Source: a virus
Virus record (IMG/VR): IMGVR_UViG_3300023174_000056
Span: 64,001 to 128,000 of that record
Length of the DNA: 64,000 bases
Strand: one strand, 5' to 3'
The notes beneath the pieces were generated by a model. It was given only the letters and a program-made list of their open reading frames with translations, was not told the DNA's origin and did no database searches. Below are positions 1-8,824 of the stretch, piece after piece (the stretch's first letter is position 1; each line of letters starts with the position of its first letter). A program made the translations under genes and the position numbers.

Positions 1-1680
1 AGACGCACGGGCCTCTTTAAATATTTTGGTACCTTCTTCGCTTAGATTACCGATTGATTTTTTGCCAGCTTCTGCTACTGTTTTTGACCCTGCGGATGCA
101 GGAACTGGTAAATTTCCTGCGCCTCCTCCCTTAAATATACCACCAATCTTATCCTTTAAAAATCCACCAGCCATATTTGCTGCAACTGCTCCAGCTAGGG
201 CAGTAATTGTTCCAGCTAGAAAGAGTATCTTTCCTCCCAAAGAATCTAAAGTTTTGTCTAACTTATCATTCATTTGCAAATAAGTGTCAACTGCACCGGC
301 ACCGCCTACTGCTTCAGTCATTCTAGCAGTAGTTTTACCAGCAGCACGCTCTTCACCAGTTGCTGCTTCTTTAGCTAAATCTCTTACACTTTTTTCTTTC
401 TTTAAATCTTCCTGTTCTCTAATTGCTTTAGCTAATTTATCTCCTGTCAAATTAGCTAAACCTTTAAATGTTTGCGGATCAATACCAGAAGCTTGTGTGA
501 CTGCTCTCATTACTTTTGGATCGTTTAAATCTAGACCCGCTCTTTGAATGTTTTCAACGATATATTGAATTTTTTCTGCGCCTTCTAGATTCACCAACTG
601 CCCAACATCAAAAAGATCCATACCTGCTAAAGCATTCAATCTACCGGCAAACTCTCCTGCACCTTCAAATGTTGATAGCTTTTCCGTTAAGTCAGTTAAT
701 GTACTAACTTGCGTTCCAGCTAAATGAGCTTGCCTCTCTAGCCCTTCAAATTGTTTTCCAGCGTTAGAACCATAAATTGCTAAACGATTTAAGTTTGAAG
801 TTAAATCTGAGTTTACTTCTGAAGCTGTTTTTCCTATGGATCTTGCTAAATGCACTAAATTTTCTTCTAAATCTATTGCTGTTTCTTTAGAAACTCCAAG
901 ATTTGTATTTAAAGTATTAACAACAGTAGAAAACTCCTTTGAAGGAACTCCTAATTGTTCAAGGCTTCTTGCCATTTCGGCCGCTCTTGAACGAAACTCT
1001 AAACTAGTATCATTAAAACCAACTATTGTAGTTGATAGATTACTAAAAACCCTAGCTGCGTCTTCATGTTGAGTTCCTAAATCTGCGGTAGCTTTCTGCA
1101 AGGCTACCATTTCTTCTTTATATTTTCTACCAGCTCCTGTTGTTTTAGCAAAGCTTGCTTGTGCTGCGTCCATTTGCTTTATCATTCCAATTGCCATTTC
1201 AGGAGTGTATAATCCTTTAATATTAAAGTAGGCTTTTCCGGCCTCCATGCCCATATCTTTAATATTACCAGCAATTTTTTTAAATGCTTCAGACGCTTTT
1301 GAAGTATTATTTTCAACTTCTTTTAATTCTTTATTGATTGTTTTTAGGTCTGCAATATATCTTTTTGCTTCTTCGCTATTCTTTTTTCCAGCCTTTATTT
1401 CGGCTTCGAGGGCGTCTTCAAGCGTGCGTTGCATCTGTTTTAATGCACGTTGCTTTTCACTTCTTAATTCTTCTCTTTTTTGCTCGCCAGAATAAATTTC
1501 TTCTATTAATTCTTTTTGAATTTTATAAACTTCATTTTGCTTTTGCAAACTAGCAGGAACATCAGAGGAATCACTATCGTCAGTAGCTGTTCTTCTTGTG
1601 GCTCTTGAAGATGTGCCACCTTTTACAACTTTAAGAAGGTTTTCTAAAGCCGACTCTAATTCTTTTGGATCATATGCCAT
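1..1680 (-). CDS. Tail tape measure protein, partial (runs off window start)
   Basis: Not in the ORF track. ATG at 1680 (MAYDPKELESALENLLKV...) stays open to position 1. Long Ala/Leu/Lys/Glu-rich helical sequence with a hydrophobic Gly/Ala stretch. It follows sheath-tube-chaperone and has a GAGG RBS. Confidence 0.8.
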   Translation of the reverse strand, partial: MAYDPKELESALENLLKVVKGGTSSRATRRTATDDSDSSDVPASLQKQNEVYKIQKELIEEIYSGEQKREELRSEKQRALKQMQRTLEDALEAEIKAGKKNSEEAKRYIADLKTINKELKEVENNTSKASEAFKKIAGNIKDMGMEAGKAYFNIKGLYTPEMAIGMIKQMDAAQASFAKTTGAGRKYKEEMVALQKATADLGTQHEDAARVFSNLSTTIVGFNDTSLEFRSRAAEMARSLEQLGVPSKEFSTVVNTLNTNLGVSKETAIDLEENLVHLARSIGKTASEVNSDLTSNLNRLAIYGSNAGKQFEGLERQAHLAGTQVSTLTDLTEKLSTFEGAGEFAGRLNALAGMDLFDVGQLVNLEGAEKIQYIVENIQRAGLDLNDPKVMRAVTQASGIDPQTFKGLANLTGDKLAKAIREQEDLKKEKSVRDLAKEAATGEERAAGKTTARMTEAVGGAGAVDTYLQMNDKLDKTLDSLGGKILFLAGTITALAGAVAANMAGGFLKDKIGGIFKGGGAGNLPVPASAGSKTVAEAGKKSIGNLSEEGTKIFKEARAS

Positions 1681-1711
1681 TTAAATTTCCTCAAAACTCT
1701 TTATATACAAA

Positions 1712-1719
1712 TAAATAGT
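1712..1719 (-). promoter_or_regulatory. ACTATTTA motif, putative late promoter
   Basis: Recurrent motif, here upstream of the tape measure gene. Confidence 0.65.
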
Positions 1720-1726
1720 GATAAAT

Positions 1727-1754
1727 AAAAAATCCCAGCTATTAGGCTGGGATT
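1727..1754 (-). terminator. Rho-independent terminator
   Basis: AATCCCAGC/GCTGGGATT stem followed by a U-tract on the minus strand, just after the gp51-like stop. Confidence 0.8.
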
Positions 1755-1756
1755 AA

Positions 1757-1903
1757 TTATCTGGAAGTATTTGCTTTTTTATTTTCTTCTGCTTCCTCTT
1801 TCTTTAACTTAATAAGTCTTCTGAGCATCCACCGTCTTAGACCTATTGGCATATTATAAGTTTCAACTAAACTCCAGCCGTTATAATACTTAAGAAGAAA
1901 CAT
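1757..1903 (-). CDS. gp51-like baseplate hub/tail assembly protein (GT-type chaperone half), possibly made by frameshift from the upstream ORF
   Basis: Not in the ORF track. MFLLKYYNGWSLVETYNMPIGLRRWMLRRLIKLKKEE resembles the T4-like gp51 pattern. The frame is open back to the U7 run at 1943-1949. Confidence 0.75.
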   Translation of the reverse strand: MFLLKYYNGWSLVETYNMPIGLRRWMLRRLIKLKKEEAEENKKANTSR

Positions 1904-1931
1904 TTCCTCATATATAGATTCAATATATTCT

Positions 1932-2771
1932 TTACTTAGACCAAAAAAAGTTTACGTTAAACGGCACCTCCATGTCCGTTTCGTTTTGGCATACAGTACA
2001 AGTAACCACTGTATTGGTTGTAATATTTGGGAAGCATTCTGCATAAACATTTCTTAAAAACTTGGAGTCTCTAGCTGGCATACTCATTATTGCCTGATAG
2101 ATTATGTTTTCCTCAGAAACTCCATTAATTGAATAAATAAAAGTCTTAGCAGTTTCAATTAATGTATTTTCTTCTAGTTTATGTTTTTTTCTACCTTCTA
2201 GGATTTTTTGAAGTTTTTCTTGTTCATATCCATCTAATGGCTTCACTTCTATTTTCCATTTTGTTACTGGTAGTACAACTTCAACTAATCCATTTTCTAA
2301 TAATCTACAACCTTCTTTTAATTCAGGCTCTTTTATCTTCAAAAGCGTGCTTAAATCTACTTCAGTATCAAAAGAGCTACCACAAGAGGAACATTCCGCT
2401 TTTATTGGATATTCTGGCCCATAACCACTGATTCTTGCTGCTAACAATAGAGCATTTTTGTCTATAACAAGTAAAGATGTTGGGTCTATTCTTTTGTCAA
2501 CCAAAATTGATTGCAAAAGGCGATCCATAACAATACCTTTTTCTAAAAATGATTTATTGTAGAGAATGTCCTCTTCACGGGCAGTCATTTCCTTTATTTC
2601 GGCTGACTCTTTACCGTGAAGAGGATGTTCTGGAGGATAATACGCACCTTTTGATGGTAAATCCACTAATTGCGTTGGTACTACATAATTAAACGGACTT
2701 CTTACTGCTTCTACATCTGAATCTTGCGTGTGTAATTGATTACTTGTCAAGCGGTCTTGATTATTTCTCAT
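1932..2771 (-). CDS. gp26-like baseplate hub assembly / tail assembly chaperone
   Basis: LPSKG..Y, MTAREEDIL, D...LLLAARISGYG, two CxxC motifs (CSSC, CTVC) and a C-terminal FFW. Located between tube and tape measure. Confidence 0.8.
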   Translation of the reverse strand: MRNNQDRLTSNQLHTQDSDVEAVRSPFNYVVPTQLVDLPSKGAYYPPEHPLHGKESAEIKEMTAREEDILYNKSFLEKGIVMDRLLQSILVDKRIDPTSLLVIDKNALLLAARISGYGPEYPIKAECSSCGSSFDTEVDLSTLLKIKEPELKEGCRLLENGLVEVVLPVTKWKIEVKPLDGYEQEKLQKILEGRKKHKLEENTLIETAKTFIYSINGVSEENIIYQAIMSMPARDSKFLRNVYAECFPNITTNTVVTCTVCQNETDMEVPFNVNFFWSK

Positions 2772-2790
2772 CTAAAACTCTTTTCTTTTG

Positions 2791-3381
2791 TTATGATAAG
2801 TTTCCTACTACCCAGTATTTTCTTGTAGGTGAAATTCCGTTAGCTGTGTGGCGTGAGCCTTGGTTTACTGTTGATAATTGTGCCCAGTCATAAGCTAATG
2901 TCATTTTAACTTCAATTAAACCTTCATTTTCATATGAGAGCGAACCACCAAAGTCTGCTGATTTAACGATTGGATTTGTTAATCTCCAAACTTCGATTGG
3001 CTTACCTTGTGCATCAACTTGCTTAATATAAACTTCTCCCAAAGTGTTTGTTGATTTTTTCTTTGAGATTGTTTCCACACCAACACCTTGTGGTGCAGCA
3101 ACTGGTGGGTTATAACCAGATTGGCGTAAGATTGTAGCCAAAATATTTACTGAGTCTGGTTGAACTGGATCTACCAATGTAATATTAATGTCATTCCAAG
3201 TAACGTTACCTGGATATTTATAGGTATGTCCAAAGAACTTGTGTTCTTGTGCGCCAACAGTTGCTACTGGTTTATCGACTGATTTAACCACCCATAAAGG
3301 GATATGGTTTGATAAACCAAATACCCATCTAAACTGTCTCTTTGGTTCTACGCTGCTATCGCTCCAAAATGATCCTGCCAT
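2791..3381 (-). CDS. Tail tube protein (gp19-like)
   Basis: EPKRQFRW, KYPGNVTWNDINITLVDP, LSY, LAYDWA. Directly downstream of the sheath. Confidence 0.9.
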   Translation of the reverse strand: MAGSFWSDSSVEPKRQFRWVFGLSNHIPLWVVKSVDKPVATVGAQEHKFFGHTYKYPGNVTWNDINITLVDPVQPDSVNILATILRQSGYNPPVAAPQGVGVETISKKKSTNTLGEVYIKQVDAQGKPIEVWRLTNPIVKSADFGGSLSYENEGLIEVKMTLAYDWAQLSTVNQGSRHTANGISPTRKYWVVGNLS

Positions 3382-3413
3382 CTTTTTTTTCCTCTTTTAT
3401 TATACTTCTGTTT

Positions 3414-3421
3414 TAAATAGT
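3414..3421 (-). promoter_or_regulatory. ACTATTTA motif, putative late promoter
   Basis: Recurrent motif, here upstream of the tail tube gene. Confidence 0.65.
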
Positions 3422-3435
3422 GTTAAAACTATTTT

Positions 3436-6285
3436 TTAATCGTTGAAAGAAGCACCGCTATTTGTTACAACGAAATCTAGAGCAATAAATTCAATTGCAC
3501 GTGCTGGCTTCAATAGGATCTTGGCATACATGATGTTTCTATCAACTAGTTCTGGAGTTGTTGTTGTTTCGTCAAGAATGACTCTGAAGTCTGTTAATCC
3601 TAATCTTGCTTGAATGCTTGCCAAGAATGGATTAACTTGACCCAAGAATCTTTCCCAAGTTACTTGAACGTCTGGATCAAATAGCACAGTTGAAGCAACA
3701 CGACTAATTTCTTTCTTAACGTAATTCATTAATCTACGAACGTTAATACGGTCAAGAGCGCTTTCAGTTACTTGTAGGGTCTTTTGACCAAAGATAACGA
3801 TACCCTCTGCTGGGAATGAAGCGATTGGGTTAATATTTGTTTCGTATAATAAATCACGTTCTTTTGAATTAAGTTTTTGTGATACTGCTGTAACTGTCAA
3901 ACCGCCAGCGCTATTTTCTGATAGTCCGCCACGGGTGAACCCTGCTGGGGCAAACCATATTTCTGAGAATCTTCTTGTTGTTGCAAAAGTCCCCAAGGCA
4001 ACAACTGATGGAGGCATCCAAACAGTGTTTGTTGAATAATCATCCTTGACTAATACCCAAGGATAGAAAGCGCATCCATATGAGCTATTAATAGTTAAAT
4101 CGTCCTTAACATAGGATACAGCGTCAGCAACGTTTGGTTTACGAGCAGATTCTGCGTCTTTATTTTCTGTGCTTGGTGTGTAATCGCCTTGTAAGTCAAT
4201 GATTGCCAATGAATCTCCACGTGTTTCACATGCTGCAATCATTTTTTTATGAATACTTGTGTTTTTAATTCCTGGGATTGCCAAAGTATTCATTTCAACA
4301 ACTTCTGGATCTGAAACAGCGTCAATGGCAACGTTTAATGAATTAATTGCATAGCTTGTTGTTTCATCGGCTGTTGCATCTAGAACTGCCGCTGAGTTGT
4401 TGAATGGTTCTTTTTCTGTAATGTCTAGACCTTCAAATCCGCCAGCTAATGGCAAGGTGAATTTATTAAAATGAGCTAAGAATGTACCTAGTTCATCGCC
4501 ACCCATATTTGAAGTTACAGAATTTCCAGAAGCTCTATTTCCTGGTGTCCATGAGGCTTCCTTGTATTTACCAGTTTGTGAATTTAAAGAACCAGAAATA
4601 TCATCTAAAGAAAACACAAATGAGTATTGTTTAACTGATTCAGGTACGCCAACTGGTTTAGTTCTTAAGTACTCTGGGATTTCTTTATTAAATAACTTTG
4701 TACCTTCTACTGCTGTCTTCATACCCCAGTAAATATTCTCTGGTCTTGTGATGTAGTTATCTTCAATGCTACTTGTTAGAACTGCTGGCAATTGTGGGAA
4801 TGCAAAGCTTGCTGTCCATTCGGCTGTGCAAGTAGGACCGCTTGAGCTTACTACGCCATAAAATTGAGTTGTTAAGTAGCTTGAACCATCAGATTTTGAT
4901 AAGTTTGTAGCTGCGGCATTTGCAGAAGCTGAAACATTAGCAACTGTCTTATATGTTTCTGGACCGTAGAAACCAAATGGTAGTAAGTCTTGGTCAGTTA
5001 TACCAGCCTCTACATCTGGATCTACTTCTACACGAACATATCTTGACATATTTTCATATGTGCCATATTCTTTAAATCTTCTGTTTATATAATCCCATTC
5101 TGTGTATTTATCGCCAATCTTCTTTGAGATATAATTTGGCGATGAAGGATCAAGAGAAATTTGATCAAATCTTTCTAGCACAATTTGTTGATCATCAGTA
5201 TCTTTAATATCTCTGATTACAACTGCAAAGCTTCCAAATTTAAGGTACTTGCTAGCTGGGACTTTGATGTCTTGGATAGAAATTTTTACACTTTTTTGTA
5301 CTGATTCGTCTTCTGATAAAGTGTGAAACTTGAAAAGTTTCTGTGATGGTGCGCCAACTGTTAAATCTGTGCTTGCAGCCCACTCTACTGGTTGCCCTTT
5401 ATGTTGTGCAAAAATCCAACCACTTTCTGATTTTGCAGCATCTTTTTTGAAATTGCTTGCTTTTTTATCACCTTGAGCTAAACCTAAGATAATGGCTGCT
5501 ACTTCGCCATTATATGATTTAACTGCGTTTTCAAATGTTTCACCCAACCAATAAATCTCTGGTTGTGACGATAGGGCATCATTTACTTTTGAAGGGCTTG
5601 TATTTAATACGTTTCTAATGAATAATTTTGAATCTTCATTAAAGTTTACAATTTTTGAAGGCAATGCGACATTGCTTTTGCTTTTAAAAGTTAGTTTAAA
5701 TTCTTTTGCTTGTAAGTCTGTAGAAGTTGTTTTAACCCAAGTGCCAGCTTTACCGTCTACTGCTGAATTGTCTAAAGCACTTCCTGAAAGACCGACGCTT
5801 CCTTCGTCTACATAAATAATTGCTGCTAATTGTGCAGTACCACTAACTGTTGTACCGCTCACAGGAGCTAGGAACAAACCAAAGGCTCCACCGTTTAAGT
5901 TTTGAGTAACGTTTAAGCTATTTGTTGTAGACCATCCTGCATACCCCAACTCTGAAGCGTCTGGATTTTGATATCCGCCCAAACGAACGAAGGTTAGTGG
6001 ACCTGCATTTTTTAAATATGCTTCTGCTGCATAAGCGCCATAGGTTGGAGCAATTTGATTACCTTCTCTCCATACATCTACATTTTTTGAGCCAGCTACT
6101 GGTTTACCAAATAGTTGTTCAAATTCTAATACTGATTGTACTTTTACTGGACGTAAAATTGGGCCTTTTAGTGAACGACCAACAACAACTGGACCGATTT
6201 CTTCAAATTCTCTTGGTAATTGTGATTGATCAATTTCATTTACGAAAACGCCTGGAGACACGAACTTAAAGCTGTTAACTGACAT
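3436..6285 (-). CDS. Tail sheath protein (gp18-like)
   Basis: FVSPGVFVNEID at the N-terminus; WFAPAGFTRG, INPI, GQKTLQ, LDRINVRRL and PARAIEFI at the C-terminus. Confidence 0.97.
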   Translation of the reverse strand: MSVNSFKFVSPGVFVNEIDQSQLPREFEEIGPVVVGRSLKGPILRPVKVQSVLEFEQLFGKPVAGSKNVDVWREGNQIAPTYGAYAAEAYLKNAGPLTFVRLGGYQNPDASELGYAGWSTTNSLNVTQNLNGGAFGLFLAPVSGTTVSGTAQLAAIIYVDEGSVGLSGSALDNSAVDGKAGTWVKTTSTDLQAKEFKLTFKSKSNVALPSKIVNFNEDSKLFIRNVLNTSPSKVNDALSSQPEIYWLGETFENAVKSYNGEVAAIILGLAQGDKKASNFKKDAAKSESGWIFAQHKGQPVEWAASTDLTVGAPSQKLFKFHTLSEDESVQKSVKISIQDIKVPASKYLKFGSFAVVIRDIKDTDDQQIVLERFDQISLDPSSPNYISKKIGDKYTEWDYINRRFKEYGTYENMSRYVRVEVDPDVEAGITDQDLLPFGFYGPETYKTVANVSASANAAATNLSKSDGSSYLTTQFYGVVSSSGPTCTAEWTASFAFPQLPAVLTSSIEDNYITRPENIYWGMKTAVEGTKLFNKEIPEYLRTKPVGVPESVKQYSFVFSLDDISGSLNSQTGKYKEASWTPGNRASGNSVTSNMGGDELGTFLAHFNKFTLPLAGGFEGLDITEKEPFNNSAAVLDATADETTSYAINSLNVAIDAVSDPEVVEMNTLAIPGIKNTSIHKKMIAACETRGDSLAIIDLQGDYTPSTENKDAESARKPNVADAVSYVKDDLTINSSYGCAFYPWVLVKDDYSTNTVWMPPSVVALGTFATTRRFSEIWFAPAGFTRGGLSENSAGGLTVTAVSQKLNSKERDLLYETNINPIASFPAEGIVIFGQKTLQVTESALDRINVRRLMNYVKKEISRVASTVLFDPDVQVTWERFLGQVNPFLASIQARLGLTDFRVILDETTTTPELVDRNIMYAKILLKPARAIEFIALDFVVTNSGASFND

Positions 6286-6351
6286 TTATTTTTCTCCTTG
6301 GGAGCAAATTTTTTTTCAAAATTTAGTCAAATATTTTAAAAATATTTATTA

Positions 6352-6359
6352 TAAGTAGT
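6352..6359 (-). promoter_or_regulatory. ACTACTTA motif, putative late promoter
   Basis: Variant of the recurrent motif, upstream of the sheath gene. Confidence 0.6.
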
Positions 6360-6382
6360 ATTTTGTGTTTTGAAATGTCAAA

Positions 6383-6889
6383 TTACTTTGAATTGAAAAC
6401 ACTTTCTCTGGCTTTGATGCACTTGGCAATAATTTCAAATTTATGATCTATTTGACCAAATAATCTCTTACTTTCATTTAATGTAACAATTTCGTAGAAT
6501 GTATCGCCATATGCAACAAAATCTCCTTCTCTTACATACAAATCTTGATCTTCAATAAGCCTTCTACGATGAAATTTAACAGTTATTGAAGTAACACGAT
6601 CAATACCAAATGCTTCTGTTGATGTTTTTGAGCCTTCCCATTCAACTAAAACATTTATTTTAACTGGTGCAAGGAATGTTTTTTGCACAGCCTCGCCATA
6701 AATTGGATGATAGTTCGTTAACTCTCTGCTTATAGGATAGTATACAATTGTTTGTCCAATAACTCTTTCAATTAGCTCATCATTTACTTGTTTTACTAAA
6801 TTTCTCTCCTTTTCACCAAGAAAAAGAGGAGGAGGAGGCGATTCAGGCGGTAATTGCGCTATATTATCGTCTTTTTTTCTTCTAGCCAT
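6383..6889 (-). CDS. Neck / head-closure protein (gp14-like)
   Basis: ELIERVIGQTIVYY, HPIYGEA..K.F, VREGDFV.Y. Located between adaptor and sheath. Confidence 0.7.
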   Translation of the reverse strand: MARRKKDDNIAQLPPESPPPPLFLGEKERNLVKQVNDELIERVIGQTIVYYPISRELTNYHPIYGEAVQKTFLAPVKINVLVEWEGSKTSTEAFGIDRVTSITVKFHRRRLIEDQDLYVREGDFVAYGDTFYEIVTLNESKRLFGQIDHKFEIIAKCIKARESVFNSK

Positions 6890-6895
6890 CTAGTT

Positions 6896-8170
6896 TTATC
6901 CTACAAATATTAAGTTTGGAACATACGCCTGAGTTTTATTGGCATCTTCCATCATTTTAGCGCTTTCTTCATTTATTTTAACATAAGTCATATCAGCTAA
7001 TAAAGTTTTTAGCTCCTCACGAAGCTCTCTTTGTTCTTCTTTACCTTCTGATATCAGTTTATCACCATTTAAAGTTACACTTTCGCCTGGAATTGGGATT
7101 GAACCAAACTTACTACGTATCTGACCAAGCATTTCTTTGCAAAGCGCTAGTGCAAAACGGCGAATCCATTGCTTTCCTATGCTGTTGATCTTATCATATG
7201 GTAAATTTTGAAAAGGCACCGAGTTCATGTTGTTAATTCCATTAACTCCACTTGTTGAATTTGGTGTGCTTTCTGTCCAAGCGTCAGTTGGGACTATAAA
7301 TTCAACCCAAAATTGCTGTGGGCTTGATGCATTTGGTACTGGAAATATTCGTAATTGATTATTTCTTATTTGGAATGACCAATCAGATACTCTTGTTTTA
7401 ATTGCATCCTCATAAGCCATAGCTTGTAACTTATTTTGCCACGCTGGGATAATTTCAAAAGTGCTATCATCTGCATATTGACCATATGTGCTTAAGTTAC
7501 CAACAACGTTAAGACCGCCAAAGTAGCCATAAAAGTTCCATGAAGCACCAGCAGTCTTGTAATAAACTTTTTTTATTGCTATTCTTTTATTACCAATATT
7601 CCATCCATTTGCTTCGCTTGCTCCACTAATAATACTTTGTAGGTCGTAGTCCTGCTGGGAAGGAATCATCGCAAATGAAGCTGAATAGACTGGCTCTGTG
7701 CCATTTGTCAGTGTTTCATTGGCAACGTAATTTGCAATATTTTTAGCATAAACAAACGACATTTTAGGAAATGCAAGATTTGCATTTGTTAAATCTTGGT
7801 CAGAACCCGATAATTGACCATCATTATTAAATGTGCCAGTTGTTTGTCCTAAAATAAAAGGTAAAGCATTTTTACTTTGATGCAAATTAATTAAATAAGA
7901 GTATTCTAAAGTTGCTTCTTCGTAAGCGGCATAAACGTTTCCTTCAACTAATTCAATATCAAGTACGTCACCGCCTAATTTCTTATATACGTGTGCTACT
8001 TCTTCAACCGCACCAGATTTAAACATACTTATCTGATCGTTTGACCAGTAATCTGTATTTAAATAAATTGCAAATGGTAAATTATTTGGGGTTACATTTT
8101 GTACATTACCAGTTGGCGGTAATATAACTTTACTCATTTGTGATACAGGGCTAAAAGCTGGTAGAGACAT
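6896..8170 (-). CDS. Neck / head-tail adaptor protein (gp13-like)
   Basis: KLGGDVLDIEL, WIRRFALALCKEMLGQIRSKF, IPGESVTLNGDKL and a C-terminal P..IFVG. Confidence 0.85.
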   Translation of the reverse strand: MSLPAFSPVSQMSKVILPPTGNVQNVTPNNLPFAIYLNTDYWSNDQISMFKSGAVEEVAHVYKKLGGDVLDIELVEGNVYAAYEEATLEYSYLINLHQSKNALPFILGQTTGTFNNDGQLSGSDQDLTNANLAFPKMSFVYAKNIANYVANETLTNGTEPVYSASFAMIPSQQDYDLQSIISGASEANGWNIGNKRIAIKKVYYKTAGASWNFYGYFGGLNVVGNLSTYGQYADDSTFEIIPAWQNKLQAMAYEDAIKTRVSDWSFQIRNNQLRIFPVPNASSPQQFWVEFIVPTDAWTESTPNSTSGVNGINNMNSVPFQNLPYDKINSIGKQWIRRFALALCKEMLGQIRSKFGSIPIPGESVTLNGDKLISEGKEEQRELREELKTLLADMTYVKINEESAKMMEDANKTQAYVPNLIFVG

Positions 8171-8197
8171 TATTTTTTTCCTCTAATAATCATAAAT

Positions 8198-8205
8198 TAA
8201 ATAGT
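8198..8205 (-). promoter_or_regulatory. ACTATTTA motif, putative late promoter
   Basis: Recurrent motif, here upstream of the neck genes. Confidence 0.65.
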
Positions 8206-8228
8206 TTTCTCGGAAATTTAAAGCAAAT

Positions 8229-8259
8229 AAAAACCCCGCCAATCTCTCGAAAGGCGGGG
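8229..8259 (-). terminator. Rho-independent terminator
   Basis: CCCCGCC/GGCGGGG stem with a U-tract on the minus strand. Confidence 0.7.
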
Positions 8260-8280
8260 ATGATAAATTATGATTTTATT

Positions 8281-8682
8281 TTATTCTTCGCTCTTATCAA
8301 TATATTTTCCAACTTCGGCAGAGGCTTTCTTTCTAGCGTCTTTAACGAAATCTCTAGCTGCTTGCTCTGTTTCAAAAGGTCCATATGCATCGCTATATCC
8401 CAATGAATCAACGTGATCAACATAAAAACCTTTTTTCATTAAATCAGTTCTGTGAGCAGTACGAGCGGTCTTGTTTAAAGTCCCAGTATTCACATTTAAT
8501 TGTCTAATTTGCCATCTACCTTTATCTAATTCACTATCTGGATCTTGTGGCTCTGGAGTTCCCCCAGCTGGTGTTTTTTGGCTAAAGCGTCTTAATTGTT
8601 GTCTTTGTTTTGTTCCTAACGTATCTACTTCTTCAATTGCTTCTTTAATAAGTTCTCTTAAAAATTGTTTTGTAACTTTCAT
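8281..8682 (-). CDS. Hypothetical protein with MKVTKQFLRELIKEAIEE leader (candidate internal head protein)
   Basis: ORF with AGGAG RBS; N-terminal motif shared with three other ORFs. Confidence 0.7.
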   Translation of the reverse strand: MKVTKQFLRELIKEAIEEVDTLGTKQRQQLRRFSQKTPAGGTPEPQDPDSELDKGRWQIRQLNVNTGTLNKTARTAHRTDLMKKGFYVDHVDSLGYSDAYGPFETEQAARDFVKDARKKASAEVGKYIDKSEE

Positions 8683-8763
8683 ATTACTTCTCCTTCAAAT
8701 AAAATTATAACATAAATAGATGTTTGATTTACAAACTGAACTTTTTAGTTTTTTAACAAAAAC

Positions 8764-8791
8764 AAAACCCCTCAAGTTTTCACAAGAGGGG
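8764..8791 (-). terminator. Probable terminator after the major capsid gene
   Basis: CCCCTC/GAGGGG stem with a long loop and a U-rich tail. Confidence 0.5.
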
Positions 8792-8824
8792 CGGTTTTTC
8801 AACCTTTAATTTGTTTAGCTAAGA

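Noticed and set aside
1-6285. Bacterial contractile injection system or tailocin
   Set aside because: Capsid, portal, protease, terminase and primase genes are present, so this is a phage.
6349-6381. TTGACA and TATAAT upstream of the sheath gene as a sigma70 promoter
   Set aside because: The spacing is about 22 nt, too long; the ACTACTTA motif between them fits better.
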